Shown: positions 1 to 9,700 of the stretch, in pieces
Position numbering within the stretch: the first letter of the stretch is position 1
Layout of the letters: each line of letters opens with the position of its first letter
Assembly (NCBI GenBank): GCA_046744245.1
Contig: JBKPBB010000157.1
Span: 1-25,857, forward strand
Direction of reading: 5' to 3'
DNA: 25,857 nt
DNA from: Thermodesulfobacteriota bacterium
GTDB lineage: Bacteria; Desulfobacterota; Binatia; DP-6
Position numbers and translations under genes: made by a program
The notes under the pieces: model-generated
The model's input: only the letters and a program-made list of their open reading frames with translations
Databases searched by the model: none
Told to the model about the DNA's origin: nothing

Positions 1-317
1 GCGTGCAGCAGGCGCGTGCCGAGGCCGCGCCCGCGCGCCGCGGGCTCGACGTACAGCTCCTCGAGCCATGCGGACCGGCCGCCGTGCTCGAGCGGCCACA
101 CGAACGACAGCGCGGCCATGCCGACGGGTCTTCCCCTCTCGATCGCGACCAGGATCCTCCCCCGCTCGGGATGACGAAGGACCCAATGGATGGCGCTGGC
201 GAGCTTCGCCTCCGGGGTCGCCACGTGGTGCTCGCGGAGCTGCGCGACGAGGAGCGCCGTCACCGCTTCGAGCTCGGCCTCGGTGGCGAGACGCACGTCT
301 ACGGCGCCTTCAGGCAT
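1..317 (-). CDS. GNAT family N-acetyltransferase, partial (3' end runs off the left edge)
   Basis: Not in the ORF track; translated by hand from the ATG at 317: MPEGAVDVRLATEAELEAVTALLVAQLREH...GRILVAIERGRPVGMAALSFVWPLEHGGRSAWLEELYVEPAARGRGLGTRLLHA. Contains the GNAT acetyl-CoA motif A (LYVxPxxRGRGLG). Confidence 0.88.
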   Translation of the reverse strand, partial: MPEGAVDVRLATEAELEAVTALLVAQLREHHVATPEAKLASAIHWVLRHPERGRILVAIERGRPVGMAALSFVWPLEHGGRSAWLEELYVEPAARGRGLGTRLLH

Positions 318-350
318 GGATCCTTGGATGCCGGCTGCCGGCGGTTGGTG

Positions 351-2086
351 TCAACGCTCGACCAGGTACTCGTCCCCGTGGAGCCGGAGCAGCGGCGCGC
401 ACCCCGGGCGCACGCCGAGCTCCCAGGTGACGTCGTCGGGCGCCGTGCCCCAGGCCCGCACGCGTCCCTGGTGAATGCCCCGCAGGTGGTGCCAGGCGCA
501 GACGGTGATGCGGTTGTCGCGCGCATTGCCGCCGCCGCGGGAGCGGAAGAGCAGGTGGTGGTCATGGAGGTTGCGGCGCGATGTGCAGGCCGGCACCGCG
601 CACCGCCAACCGTCGCGCGCGAAGACCGGGTCGCGGTGCCGCGGCTGGCGCTGCCACTCGGCCTCGACGTGCTCGAGCAGGCGCTCGAACCCGCACCAGC
701 GCGGCTCGCCGGGCTTGGCAAAGACCGCGATCGCCTCGCGCAGCAGGACGGCGAGCGAGGCGGGCGCGTAGAAGACGATCTGCGCGTCGAGGGGCGGGCA
801 CTCGTCGTGCGCACGCATTTGCCGCTCGCGCCGCCCCCGGCGGGGGCGGCCCGCTCGCCGCCGCCGGGACCCCGGCCGCGGCCTGCCGCTCGACCACCCA
901 CTCCACCTCGTCCACCAGCCGCCGCACCGTGACCGCCTGCGCCCGCCCGATCCAGGCCGGCGCGTTCTCCTCGCTCAGGACGGGCAGGAGCATCAGCGCC
1001 CGCAGCCAGGAGAGCTGACCCTCGCGGTAGGCGGCCAGAAGCGCCGGCGCCTCCCACGTCTTGCGCTCGAGCGCGACCAGCGCCCGCGCCTTGCGCGGCG
1101 AGAGCCCGAGCCGCTCGCGCGCGTACGCCGCCGCCGAGGGGAACCCATCAGGCGGTGCGGGGGCAGTGCGAAGAAGGTGCGCAGGAGGCGGCCCATCTGC
1201 CAGTCGATCCGTTGCCGGGCGCGCACGAGCGTTCGCATCCGCTGGTCGAGCGCGAAGGCGTTCAGCGCGCCGGCGCCCTCCCCAGCCGCTCGAGGTCCCC
1301 GGGTAGCGCCTCCGTCACCGCGGTCCAGTCGAGGTCGGCGGGCGTCTCGTGCAGATCGATCGGCTCGGGCGGCGGAGTCGCCTCCGGGCCGGGTGTCCCC
1401 GCCATCGGGTCCGCGAGCTCGCCGCCGCGCGCCGAGAACCCCTCGGCCGCCACGGCCTCGGCGACCTGCCACGGCGCGACCTCCGCACCCAGGACCGCGC
1501 GGGCGGGCACCGTGACCGCGTGCCAGCGCTCGCGCACCCGGCGCGGGCAGGCGAGCCGGATCTGCACGCGCGGCTCCTCGTCGAGCGTGTCGTCGCGCTG
1601 AACCGGGCGCCCGGTCTCCTGCGCGATCGTGGCCTCGAGCGCGCGCACCGTGCGCGAGCGGGCCGTCTCGACCCAGGCCGCCGCGGTCTCGGCCGTCGCC
1701 ACCCCGACGAGCAACCGCACCTGCGTCCAGGAGAGCGCGCCGGCCGCGAACGCCGCCGCGACCGCGGGCAGCTGGGCCAGCCGCGCGCTCACGTGGGCGA
1801 GCGACTGGAGCTCGCGGGCGGAGAGGCCCAGGCGCTCGCGGGCAAAGTCCCCGAGCCGGGCGAAGCCGAGCGCGTGTTGGCCTTTCTGCGCGAGGAAGGC
1901 GCGGGCCAGGGTGCCGAGCACGCGGCGGCCGCACGCCTCCTGGCGGGCGAGGCGGCGGAGGTAGCCGTCGAGCAGGAGCGCGCACTCGTCCCGCACGACA
2001 TACCGCTGCTGGTCGCCGGGCGGCGGCTCGAGATGCTCGGGCGGGACGAGATCGAGGCCCGCGGGGGAGGAGGCCGGCAGCGCCAT
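351..2086 (-). pseudogene. DUF222-like (two copies) plus C-terminal HNH endonuclease, about 578 codons, broken by three frameshifts
   Basis: Pieces of ORFs 1262..2086, 993..1985 (short central part), 562..993 (with its in-frame upstream part) and 351..818 join into one coherent protein. C-terminal HNH/Zn motif: RDGWRCAVPACTSRRNLHDHHLLFRSRGGGNARDNRITVCAWHHLRGIH. Frameshifts near 1280-1283, 1144-1146 and about 820-905. Confidence 0.8.
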
Positions 2087-2093
2087 ATATATG
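2084..2093. promoter_or_regulatory. AT-rich perfect palindrome CATATATATG overlapping the HNH gene start; candidate operator or promoter element
   Basis: 10-bp self-complementary AT-rich sequence in very GC-rich DNA, located between divergent genes. Confidence 0.35.
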
Positions 2094-2198
2094 ATGGGGA
2101 GCCCCGGGCGAAGATTAGGCGAAAAATCCTCTCCGAGTCAAGCGTGGAGGAGCCGCCGCCCTGGCCGCGAGCCGATCGAGCTTGGTACACCCACCCCC

Positions 2199-2870
2199 GT
2201 GGGCGAGCGGATCGACTTCCTCCCGTTCGATGGATGGGTCCGGCACACCTTCGACCACCCGGCCCCCGGGCCCGAGTGGTACTTCGACCTCGACGCACCC
2301 TTCTGGGCAGGTCCCCCGAGACTCACCATCGCGTACGTCACGCGGCTCTTCGAGGACCCCTGCCCCGTGCTCGCGGGATACACCGACGAGCAGCTGAACC
2401 GGGGATTCTGGTACCTCCTCTCGAACGGCCTCAGCGACTACATGTGCGCGCTCGCCGACGCGTCGGTCCCGCTGGCGGACCGCGTGCGCTGCGTCCGCTC
2501 GTTCGTGCCCGTCTTCGAGAACCTGCTCGCCGTGCGCTGCACGCCGCATCTCTCGCACCTGGACGAGCCGGGTGCCGGTCCCCTCAACCTGGCGTCCTAC
2601 ATGTGGTGGGACATCATCCCGTTCGGCGTGGCGCCGACCGACGCGGGTGGTCGCGAGCTCGGGGAGGCGGCATTGGGTGCCATGGCCGACATCCTGGCGA
2701 TCGAACGGGTGGCCTGCCAGGAGAGCGCGCTCCACGGGCTCGGGCACTGGCAGCGCCGCTGGCCGACCGAGGTCGCACGGATCATCGACGAGTTCCTCGC
2801 CCGCAACGCGAACGCCCGCGCCGAGCTCCTCGCGTACGCGCGGAGCGCCCGGGGCGGGTGCGTGCTGTAG
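2199..2870 (+). CDS. Hypothetical protein (Trp/His-rich, probably helical)
   Basis: ORF 2091..2870 has strong GC3 bias from about 2199 (GTG GGC GAG CGG ATC). Distinctive motifs WYF, GFWYL, YMWWD, ESALHGLGHW and YARSARGGCVL. The start is uncertain (GTG 2199 preferred over ATG 2091). Confidence 0.75.
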   Translation: MGERIDFLPFDGWVRHTFDHPAPGPEWYFDLDAPFWAGPPRLTIAYVTRLFEDPCPVLAGYTDEQLNRGFWYLLSNGLSDYMCALADASVPLADRVRCVRSFVPVFENLLAVRCTPHLSHLDEPGAGPLNLASYMWWDIIPFGVAPTDAGGRELGEAALGAMADILAIERVACQESALHGLGHWQRRWPTEVARIIDEFLARNANARAELLAYARSARGGCVL

Positions 2871-2879
2871 GCGACGCCG

Positions 2880-5168
2880 TCAGGCGGCGCGCTCGACCCG
2901 GCAGCGCACGTGGCGATGGTGGGGGATGCCGGTGAACGGATCGCGGTCGGTCACGTCGGTGAGCTCGTTCTGGTTCGCGCCCTGCACCATCCCGTCGGAC
3001 GAGACCATGCCAAAGCCGTTCGGCATCCAGACGTGTCCCGCCATGAGCTTGGCGTCGACCTGCGCGGGCAGCGTGACGCTCCCGCGGCTGGTCGAGACGC
3101 GGACCGTTTCGCCGTCCCGAACGCCGATCGTCTTCGCGTCGGCGGGCGAGAGGTTGAGCGCGCAGTGCGGGCCCCTGCCCTTCCGCCACGCGGGGTCGCG
3201 CTGGATCGTATTCGCGGTCCAGCGCGTGCGGAGGCCCGCCGCCAGCACGAGCGGGAAGTGCGGGTCCACGGTCGGCTCGGTCGCGAGCGCGCGGCGGATC
3301 TCCGGCATCATCGGCTCGGGTGCGAGCCGGATCCTCCCGTCGGCGAAGCCGAGGTGGTCCTCCAGGTTCGTCTCCATGCGCTGGCGCGCGATCTCGACGC
3401 CTTCGGGGTGGGCGAGGAAGCGGCGGAAGAGCTCGCTGCCGATCTCGGACGGCATCTTCCCTTCCCAGTCCGGCCCGAGGGTCCGCACCACGTTCTCCGT
3501 GCGGAACATGGCGTTCAGGTGCGCGATGAAGAACATCGACGCGAGCGACGGCGACGGCAGGTGCGGCCCGAGCGCACGGTACGCCCAGACGAGCATCTCG
3601 TTCTCGCCGCCCTGCGCCGCGGCCTGCGCGGTGCCGAGGAACGCCATCGCGCCCTCGGGCGTGAGGGCGTCCTTCGCGAGCGCGTGGAGCTCGGCCGGCG
3701 GCGTGCCGTAGAGCCCCATCGCCTCGCAGAGGCGCACGTAGATCTCGGGCTCGGGCAGGGCGTCCGGCGGCGGGGGAACGACCGGCGGCCGGATCTGCAT
3801 GTAGATCTCCGGCACGCCGCGCGGGAAGGCGGACGTCTCCCACTTCTCGTAGCCGACGGGAGTGGGCAGCACGTAGTCCGCCAGGCGCGCGGTCTCGGTC
3901 ATGGCGGGATCGATCACCACCAGGAGATCGAGCCGCTCGCGGGCCTCGCGCCAGCGCGACGCGTCCGAGTAGGAGAGGATCGGGTTGGAGCCCTCGACGA
4001 CGAGCGCGCGGATGCGCTCGGGATGGTCGAGGAGGACCTCCTCGGGCACGAGCGTGGGCGAGAACATGCCGCCGTTGCCGAGCGCGCGGATGGCCGGGAT
4101 GCCCGAGGCGAGCGCGCGCTCGGGCTCCTTCACGCGCGCCGGGTCCTGCAGGGGCGGCAGGAACGACTCGAGGAACATGCAGCCGCCCGGCCGGCCGAGG
4201 TTGTCGGTGAGCACGAGGAGCACGCGGATCAGGTACGAGACCAGGGTGGAGAAGGGGGTCTGCTCGACGCCCAGGTCGTAGAAGATCGCCGCCGACTCGG
4301 CCCGCGCGAACCCGCGCGCGGTCTCGAGGACGGCGTCCACGGTGAGCCCGCAGCGCGCCGCCATGCGCGCGACGTCGACCGCCGCCAGCTCGGCGCGGAG
4401 CTGCTCGAGCCCGAGCGTGTGGCCGGCGACGAAGGCCTCGTCGGCGAGCCCCTCGCGCACGATCACCGCCGCCAGGGCGAGCAGGAGGTAGACGTCGGTG
4501 CCGGGCCGCACGCGGAGGTGCCGCGTCGCGGTGCGCGCCGTCTCGGTCTCGCGCGGATCGACGACCACCACCGTGCGCCCGGGGTCCTCGGCGAGCATCT
4601 TGAAGGTGTCGGTCGCGTTGTGGCCGCGGTTGGAGATCTTGGGATTCGTCCCGAGCACGAGGAGGAAGCGCGCCCGCGCCGTGTCGGCGTGCAGGAAGCT
4701 CGCCGGCGAGGCGTCGAACATCCACTGGTCGAGGAGGCTGTGCTGCGTCTTCTCCTGCGCGAAGGCGTTGAACCACCGGCGCGAGCCCGTGCCGCGGAGG
4801 AAGGCCATCGCGTAGGGCGCGTCCATGTGGTTGCCCTGCCCGCCGATGCCGACCAGCGCGATCGCGCGCGGCGAGTGCCGCCGCCGGATCTCGTTCAGCC
4901 GGGCGGCGATCTCGGCGATCGCCGTCGTCCAGTCGATCGGCTCGAAGGAGCCGTCGGGGGCGCGGCGCATCGGCTGGCGCACGCGGTCGCCGTGCTCGAC
5001 GTAGTGGGCGATGCCGAACGCCTTGTTGCAGACGTAGCCCTTCGTGATGGGATTCGTCTCGTCGCCCCGCACGGCCACGATGCGGCCGTCCTCCACGTCG
5101 ACGCGCAGCCCGCAGTTGTGGCTGCAGAGGACGCACACGGTGGGAAGGTTGGTTCCGCTCTCGGTCAT
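2880..5168 (-). CDS. Molybdopterin (Mo/W-bisPGD, DMSO reductase superfamily) oxidoreductase with an N-terminal 4Fe-4S cluster, cytoplasmic
   Basis: CVLCSHNCG...GYVCNK Fe-S motif; LLVLGTNPKISN, VVVVDPRETETA, LVVEGSNP, ETARLADYVLP; C-terminal molybdopterin-binding domain (LSPADAKTIGVRDGETVRVSTSRG). The ATG at 5168 overlaps the hxlR-like stop (ATGA). No Tat signal. Confidence 0.95.
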   Translation of the reverse strand: MTESGTNLPTVCVLCSHNCGLRVDVEDGRIVAVRGDETNPITKGYVCNKAFGIAHYVEHGDRVRQPMRRAPDGSFEPIDWTTAIAEIAARLNEIRRRHSPRAIALVGIGGQGNHMDAPYAMAFLRGTGSRRWFNAFAQEKTQHSLLDQWMFDASPASFLHADTARARFLLVLGTNPKISNRGHNATDTFKMLAEDPGRTVVVVDPRETETARTATRHLRVRPGTDVYLLLALAAVIVREGLADEAFVAGHTLGLEQLRAELAAVDVARMAARCGLTVDAVLETARGFARAESAAIFYDLGVEQTPFSTLVSYLIRVLLVLTDNLGRPGGCMFLESFLPPLQDPARVKEPERALASGIPAIRALGNGGMFSPTLVPEEVLLDHPERIRALVVEGSNPILSYSDASRWREARERLDLLVVIDPAMTETARLADYVLPTPVGYEKWETSAFPRGVPEIYMQIRPPVVPPPPDALPEPEIYVRLCEAMGLYGTPPAELHALAKDALTPEGAMAFLGTAQAAAQGGENEMLVWAYRALGPHLPSPSLASMFFIAHLNAMFRTENVVRTLGPDWEGKMPSEIGSELFRRFLAHPEGVEIARQRMETNLEDHLGFADGRIRLAPEPMMPEIRRALATEPTVDPHFPLVLAAGLRTRWTANTIQRDPAWRKGRGPHCALNLSPADAKTIGVRDGETVRVSTSRGSVTLPAQVDAKLMAGHVWMPNGFGMVSSDGMVQGANQNELTDVTDRDPFTGIPHHRHVRCRVERAA

Positions 5169-5632
5169 CGTCCGTCCTCCGTCCGATATGCCGGGCCCGG
5201 GCGCGCCTGCATGTCGCGTGCGGTCACGGGCTCGCCGCAATGCTCGCAGGTGAGGTGGAGCGTCGCCACGTGCCCGCAGCGGCGGTGCACGCGCTCGACG
5301 GGCGGCCCCTTCGGGCCCGCCATGTGCCGGTCGCCCCATCCGGCGATGCTCACGACGACGGGGTAGAGGTCGAGCCCCTTCTCCGTGAGCCGGTACTCGA
5401 AGCGCCGCGGCCGGTCCTGGTAGCGCTCGCGCCGGAGCACGCCGTGCTTCACGAGCTTCGCGAGCCGATCGGCGAGGCGGTGGCGGGTGATGCCGAGGCT
5501 CGCCTGGAACGCCTCGAAGCGGCGCGTGCCGAGGAACGCATCGCGCAGGACGAGGAGCGTCCAGCGGTCGCCGATCACGGAGAGCGTCCGCGCGATCGTG
5601 CAGTCGAGCTTACCGACCTCGCTCCAGCGCAC
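5165..5632 (-). CDS. HxlR-family winged-helix transcriptional regulator
   Basis: CTIARTLSVIGDRWTLLVLRDAFLGTRRFEAFQASLGI...LADRLAKLVKHG...EYRLTEKGLDL...WGDRH is the canonical HxlR pattern, with N-terminal Cys11. Confidence 0.95.
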   Translation of the reverse strand: MRWSEVGKLDCTIARTLSVIGDRWTLLVLRDAFLGTRRFEAFQASLGITRHRLADRLAKLVKHGVLRRERYQDRPRRFEYRLTEKGLDLYPVVVSIAGWGDRHMAGPKGPPVERVHRRCGHVATLHLTCEHCGEPVTARDMQARPGPAYRTEDGR

Positions 5633-5637
5633 GCGCC

Positions 5638-5667
5638 TCTATAGTTCCAAAATGGAACTTGATGCAA
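5638..5667 (-). promoter_or_regulatory. Putative sigma70 promoter with an embedded inverted-repeat operator
   Basis: On the minus strand: TTGCAT (5667-5662), 18 nt, TATAGA (5643-5638), 5 nt, then the GTG start. A perfect inverted repeat AGTTCCA-AAA-TGGAACT (5643-5659) lies in the spacer. Confidence 0.65.
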
Positions 5668-5683
5668 GCGGGGGGACCGCGCG

Positions 5684-6655
5684 TCACCAGGCGTACGCTT
5701 CGGGCGCCTCGCCGCCCGGGCCCGGGAAGATGCGGTCGAGCTTCGCGGGCGCGTCCTCGGAGAGCCGGAGCTCGAGTGCGCCGAGGCTCGCGTCGAGCTG
5801 CTCCAGGGTGCGCGGCCCGACGATGGGCGCCGTGACGGCCGGGTTGTGCAGCACCCATGCCAGCGCCACCTGGGCGGGAGGCTGGCCCAGCTCGCGACAG
5901 AGCGCCTCGTAGGCCGCCACCCGGTCGCGGTGGCGCTCGAGCAGGCGCTGCTGCCGCTCGCTCGCGCGCCGGCCCTCAGCCGCCTTCTCCAGGGCCCCGC
6001 CCAGGAGCCCTCCCGCGAGCGGGCTGTACGGAACGAGCCCGATCCCGTGCGCGCGGCAGGCAGGGATGACCTCGAGCTCGACCGTGCGCGCCACCAGGCT
6101 GTAGACGCTCTGCTCCGACACCAGACCCAGGAAGTTGCGCGCCGCGGCCGTGGCGCTCGCCTGCGCGATCTGCCAGCCGGCGAAGTTGCTGCTCCCGACG
6201 TAGAGCACCTTCCCCTGCTGGACGAGCACCTCCATCGCCTGCCAGACCTCGTCCCACGGCGTGTCCCGGTCGATGTGGTGCATCTGGTAGAGGTCGATGT
6301 GGTCCGTGCGCAGGCGGCGCAGGCTGCCCTCGCACGCCTGGCGGATGTGATAGGCGGAGAGGCGCCCGTCGTTCGGACCCGGGCCCATCCGCCCGTAGAC
6401 CTTGGTCGCGAGGACGATCCGCTCGCGCCGGCCACCGCCCTGCGCGAGCCAGCGGCCGATGATCTGCTCGGTGACGCCCTCGCCCGTGCGCCAGCCGTAC
6501 ACGTCGGCCGTGTCGAAGAAGACGATCCCGAGCTCGAGCGCGCGGTCCATGATGGCGAAGCTGTCGCTCTCGCTGGTGAGTGGGCCGAAGTTCATGGTGC
6601 CGAGGCAGAGCCGGCTGACCCGGAGCCCGCTCTGGCCGAGACGGACGTGGTCCAT
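5684..6655 (-). CDS. Aldo/keto reductase (Tas/aryl-alcohol dehydrogenase-like)
   Basis: LGQSGLRVSRLCLGTM, FFDTADVYG, VLATKV, SLRRLRTDHIDLYQMH, GKVLYVGSSN, YSPLAGGLL and QVALAWVL motifs. Confidence 0.96.
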   Translation of the reverse strand: MDHVRLGQSGLRVSRLCLGTMNFGPLTSESDSFAIMDRALELGIVFFDTADVYGWRTGEGVTEQIIGRWLAQGGGRRERIVLATKVYGRMGPGPNDGRLSAYHIRQACEGSLRRLRTDHIDLYQMHHIDRDTPWDEVWQAMEVLVQQGKVLYVGSSNFAGWQIAQASATAAARNFLGLVSEQSVYSLVARTVELEVIPACRAHGIGLVPYSPLAGGLLGGALEKAAEGRRASERQQRLLERHRDRVAAYEALCRELGQPPAQVALAWVLHNPAVTAPIVGPRTLEQLDASLGALELRLSEDAPAKLDRIFPGPGGEAPEAYAW

Positions 6656-6702
6656 GCGAGCGTGTCTACCACGCCGCGCGGCGTCTCAGAACATGGTCCT
6701 CG

Positions 6703-9700
6703 TCACAGGCCGAGGTCCCGCTCGACGTGCGCGGCGCGCAGGGGGGCACGCAGCTCCGCGAACAGCCGCTGCGCCTCGCGCAGCTCCCGCTGGCGCACGG
6801 CTTCATCGCCCGTGAACAGCGCCAGGCGCGCGCGCGTGGCATGGATGAACGGCGCGTATGCGCGCGCCTCGGTCATGGTCACGAGCGCGGCGGCCTCGCG
6901 CAGCATCGCGTCCACCTCCGCGGCGCCCTGGGCGCCGTCGAGCGCGAGGAGCACCCGCGCGCAGGCGACGAGCGCGCGGATGGCGTAGACCGGCGCACGT
7001 CGCCGCCGGCCGACCTCGAGCGCGAGCGACATCGTCTCACGCGCGCGGGCGCGGTCTCCCAAGCCGACGCACGCCTCGGCCAGCATCGCCAGCGTGACCA
7101 TTTCCATGAAGAGCACCGTCCGCCGCTCGCGCATCAGGGCGAGGGTGGCGCCGAGGGTCCCCGCCGCGTCGCTCCACCGGCGAGCGCCGAGCTGCGCGCG
7201 GCCGAGCGCGCCGAGGGCGAGCGTTCGCGAGAGAGCGGTTCCGACCGCTTCGGCATGCTCGACGGCCTGCCGCGCCTGCTGCAGCGCCCGCTCGCCGTCG
7301 CCGGTCATGAGGCCGAGCAGGCTGAGGGCGTTCAGAACGATGCACAGGGACTCGCGGTCGGTGCGCGCTCGCGCGACGTCCATCGCCGGCCGCGCGGCGC
7401 GTTCCGCCTCCTCGAAGCGGCCGAGATGCACGAGGACGGAGGTACGATGCGCCAGCAGGAGCCCGAGGGGGCTGGCCCCGACCTCCGCGTCCAGCTCCGG
7501 GGCGCCCCGGCCGAGCGCCTCGGCCTCCTCGCTGAGCGCCAGGGCTTCGCCGAGCGGCCCGGTCGCGTGGAGGGCGGCGACGAGCGGCAGGCGAGCGATG
7601 AAGCGGAGAAAGCCGCTGCCCGACTCCTCGGCCAGGCGAAGGCTCTCACGCAGATGGGACATGCCCTCGTCCATCTCGCCCAGCGCGAGCCTGGCGACGC
7701 CGTAGCTGCTGAGGAGACGGACACGAGGGCTCGCATCCTCGAGCCGTTCGGCGAGCGCCATGCCCTCCGCGAACACGGCCGGTGCGTCGTCCTCCCACGA
7801 CCCGAGGGTGTACGAGCCGTAGATGATGTTCCGCCGCGCCAGGACGCCGAGCGCGAGGGTCTCCGGCGACTCGGGCACGCCGGCGAGGAGCGTCCGGACC
7901 TGCCGCCAGTGATGCACCCGCTCGGACCGGTTGCGCGACCCGATCCAGTCGGCCGCACGCCGGTGCCACTCGGCCGCGAGCCGCGCCTCGCCGGCCCGCT
8001 CCCAGTGGTAGGCGAGGAGGCCGGCGCGCTCGTCGAGCTTGTCCCGATGGAGCTCCTCGAGGGCGCGCGCCAGCGTCGCGTGCACGCGCGCCCGGCGCTC
8101 GCCCAGCTGCGACCGATAGGCGACCTCCTGCGTCAGCGGGTGCTTGAAGGCGTACTCGACCTCCGGATACGGCGCCGCCTCGTACAGGAACTCGGCCGCC
8201 ATGAGAGACTGCACGGCGGCAGCGAGCTCGGTCGGCGGCAGCTCGGCGACCCGCCCGAGCAGCGGCTCGGGCAGCTCCCGGCCGATCACGGCGGCCGTCT
8301 GGAGCACCGCCTTCTCCCGCTCCGGCAGCCGATCGATGCGCGCTGCCAGCACGGCGTGCACGGTCGGCGGGATCGCGAGCTCCTCCACGGGCCGCACGAG
8401 GCGGTAGGCCCCCTTCGAGCCGGTCAGACTTCCCGCCTCGACCAGCGCCTGCACCACCTCCTCGATGAAGAACGGGTTGCCGCCCGTGCGCTCGCGGATG
8501 CGGTCCGCCAGGGCCATGACGGACGGATCGGTGCCGAGGAGATCGCGCAGCAGCTCGGCGAACGCGCCGGCGCCGAGCGGCTGTAGCGCAAGCTGCCGGT
8601 AGCTCGACTTCTCGAGCCACAGCCCGTCGTACTCGGGCCGGAAGGTGAACACGAGGAGGGTCGGTGTCTCCTTGAGCAGCTCGTGCGTCGCGGCGAACAG
8701 CGCCTCGCTGGCGCGGTCGAGCCAGTGGAGATCCTCCAGGAGGTACACCGACAGCTCTCCGCGACGAGCCCGGTCGCGCTGGAAGCGGCTCACGATGCCG
8801 ACCAGCTCGCGCTGCATCGCCTCGGGCGTCAGGCGCGGCGCGGGTCGCGCGGGGTCGGGGACGCCGAGGAAGTCGAACATCACCGGGAGGGCGTCGTGCA
8901 GGCCGGGGGCGGGCAGCAGCAACCGGCCCGCGATCTTCTGGCGGGCCGTGTCGTCGCCGTCCTGCTTCGTGATGCCGAACGCGTTCCGCACGAGCTCCAT
9001 CCACGGCAAGAGGGGGATGTTCTTCCCGTGCGCGACCGCGTGGGCCTCGACGACGCCGATGCCGCGGGCGCGGCAGCGTTCGGCGAACTCGTGGCAGAGC
9101 CGGCTCTTGCCCACCCCGGGCTCGGCCACGACGGCGACCGCCTGCCAGCTGCCCCCGAGCGCGCGCTCGAGGGCCGCCTCGAGCGCGGCCATCTCGACCG
9201 CGCGTCCGACGAAGCGCGAGAGGCCGCGCGTGCGGGAGACGTCGAAGCGGGTCCGCAGCCGGCCCGGACCCTCCAGCTCGTAGAGCCGCAGCGGCTCGCT
9301 CGCGCCCTTCACGCGCGACGGCCCGAGGTCGCGCAGGGTGAAGAACCCCGCGACCAGCTTCGCGGTGTTCTCGGTCAGGAGGGGCCTGCCGGGCTCGGCC
9401 AGCTGCTCCATCCGCTGCGCGAGCCCCACCGCGTGGCCCTGCGCCGTGTAGTCCATGCGGAGGTCGTCGCCGATCTTGCCGACCACCACCTCGCCCGAGT
9501 TGAGGCCCATGCGGACGGCGAAGCCGACGCCGCGCGCGGTCCGCAGCTCGTCCGCGTAGCCTCGGACCTCGTCACGGAGATGGAGCGCCGCCCAGCACGC
9601 GCGCTGGGCGTGGTCCTCGTGCGCGATCGGCGCCCCGAAGAGCGCCATGATACCGTCGCCGGTGTACTGGTTCACCGTGCCCTCGAAGCGGTGCACGCCC

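Noticed and set aside
2091-2198. 36-aa N-terminal extension of the hypothetical protein from ATG 2091
   Set aside because: Weak codon bias and low-information sequence that overlaps the divergent promoter region. GTG 2199 is more plausible.
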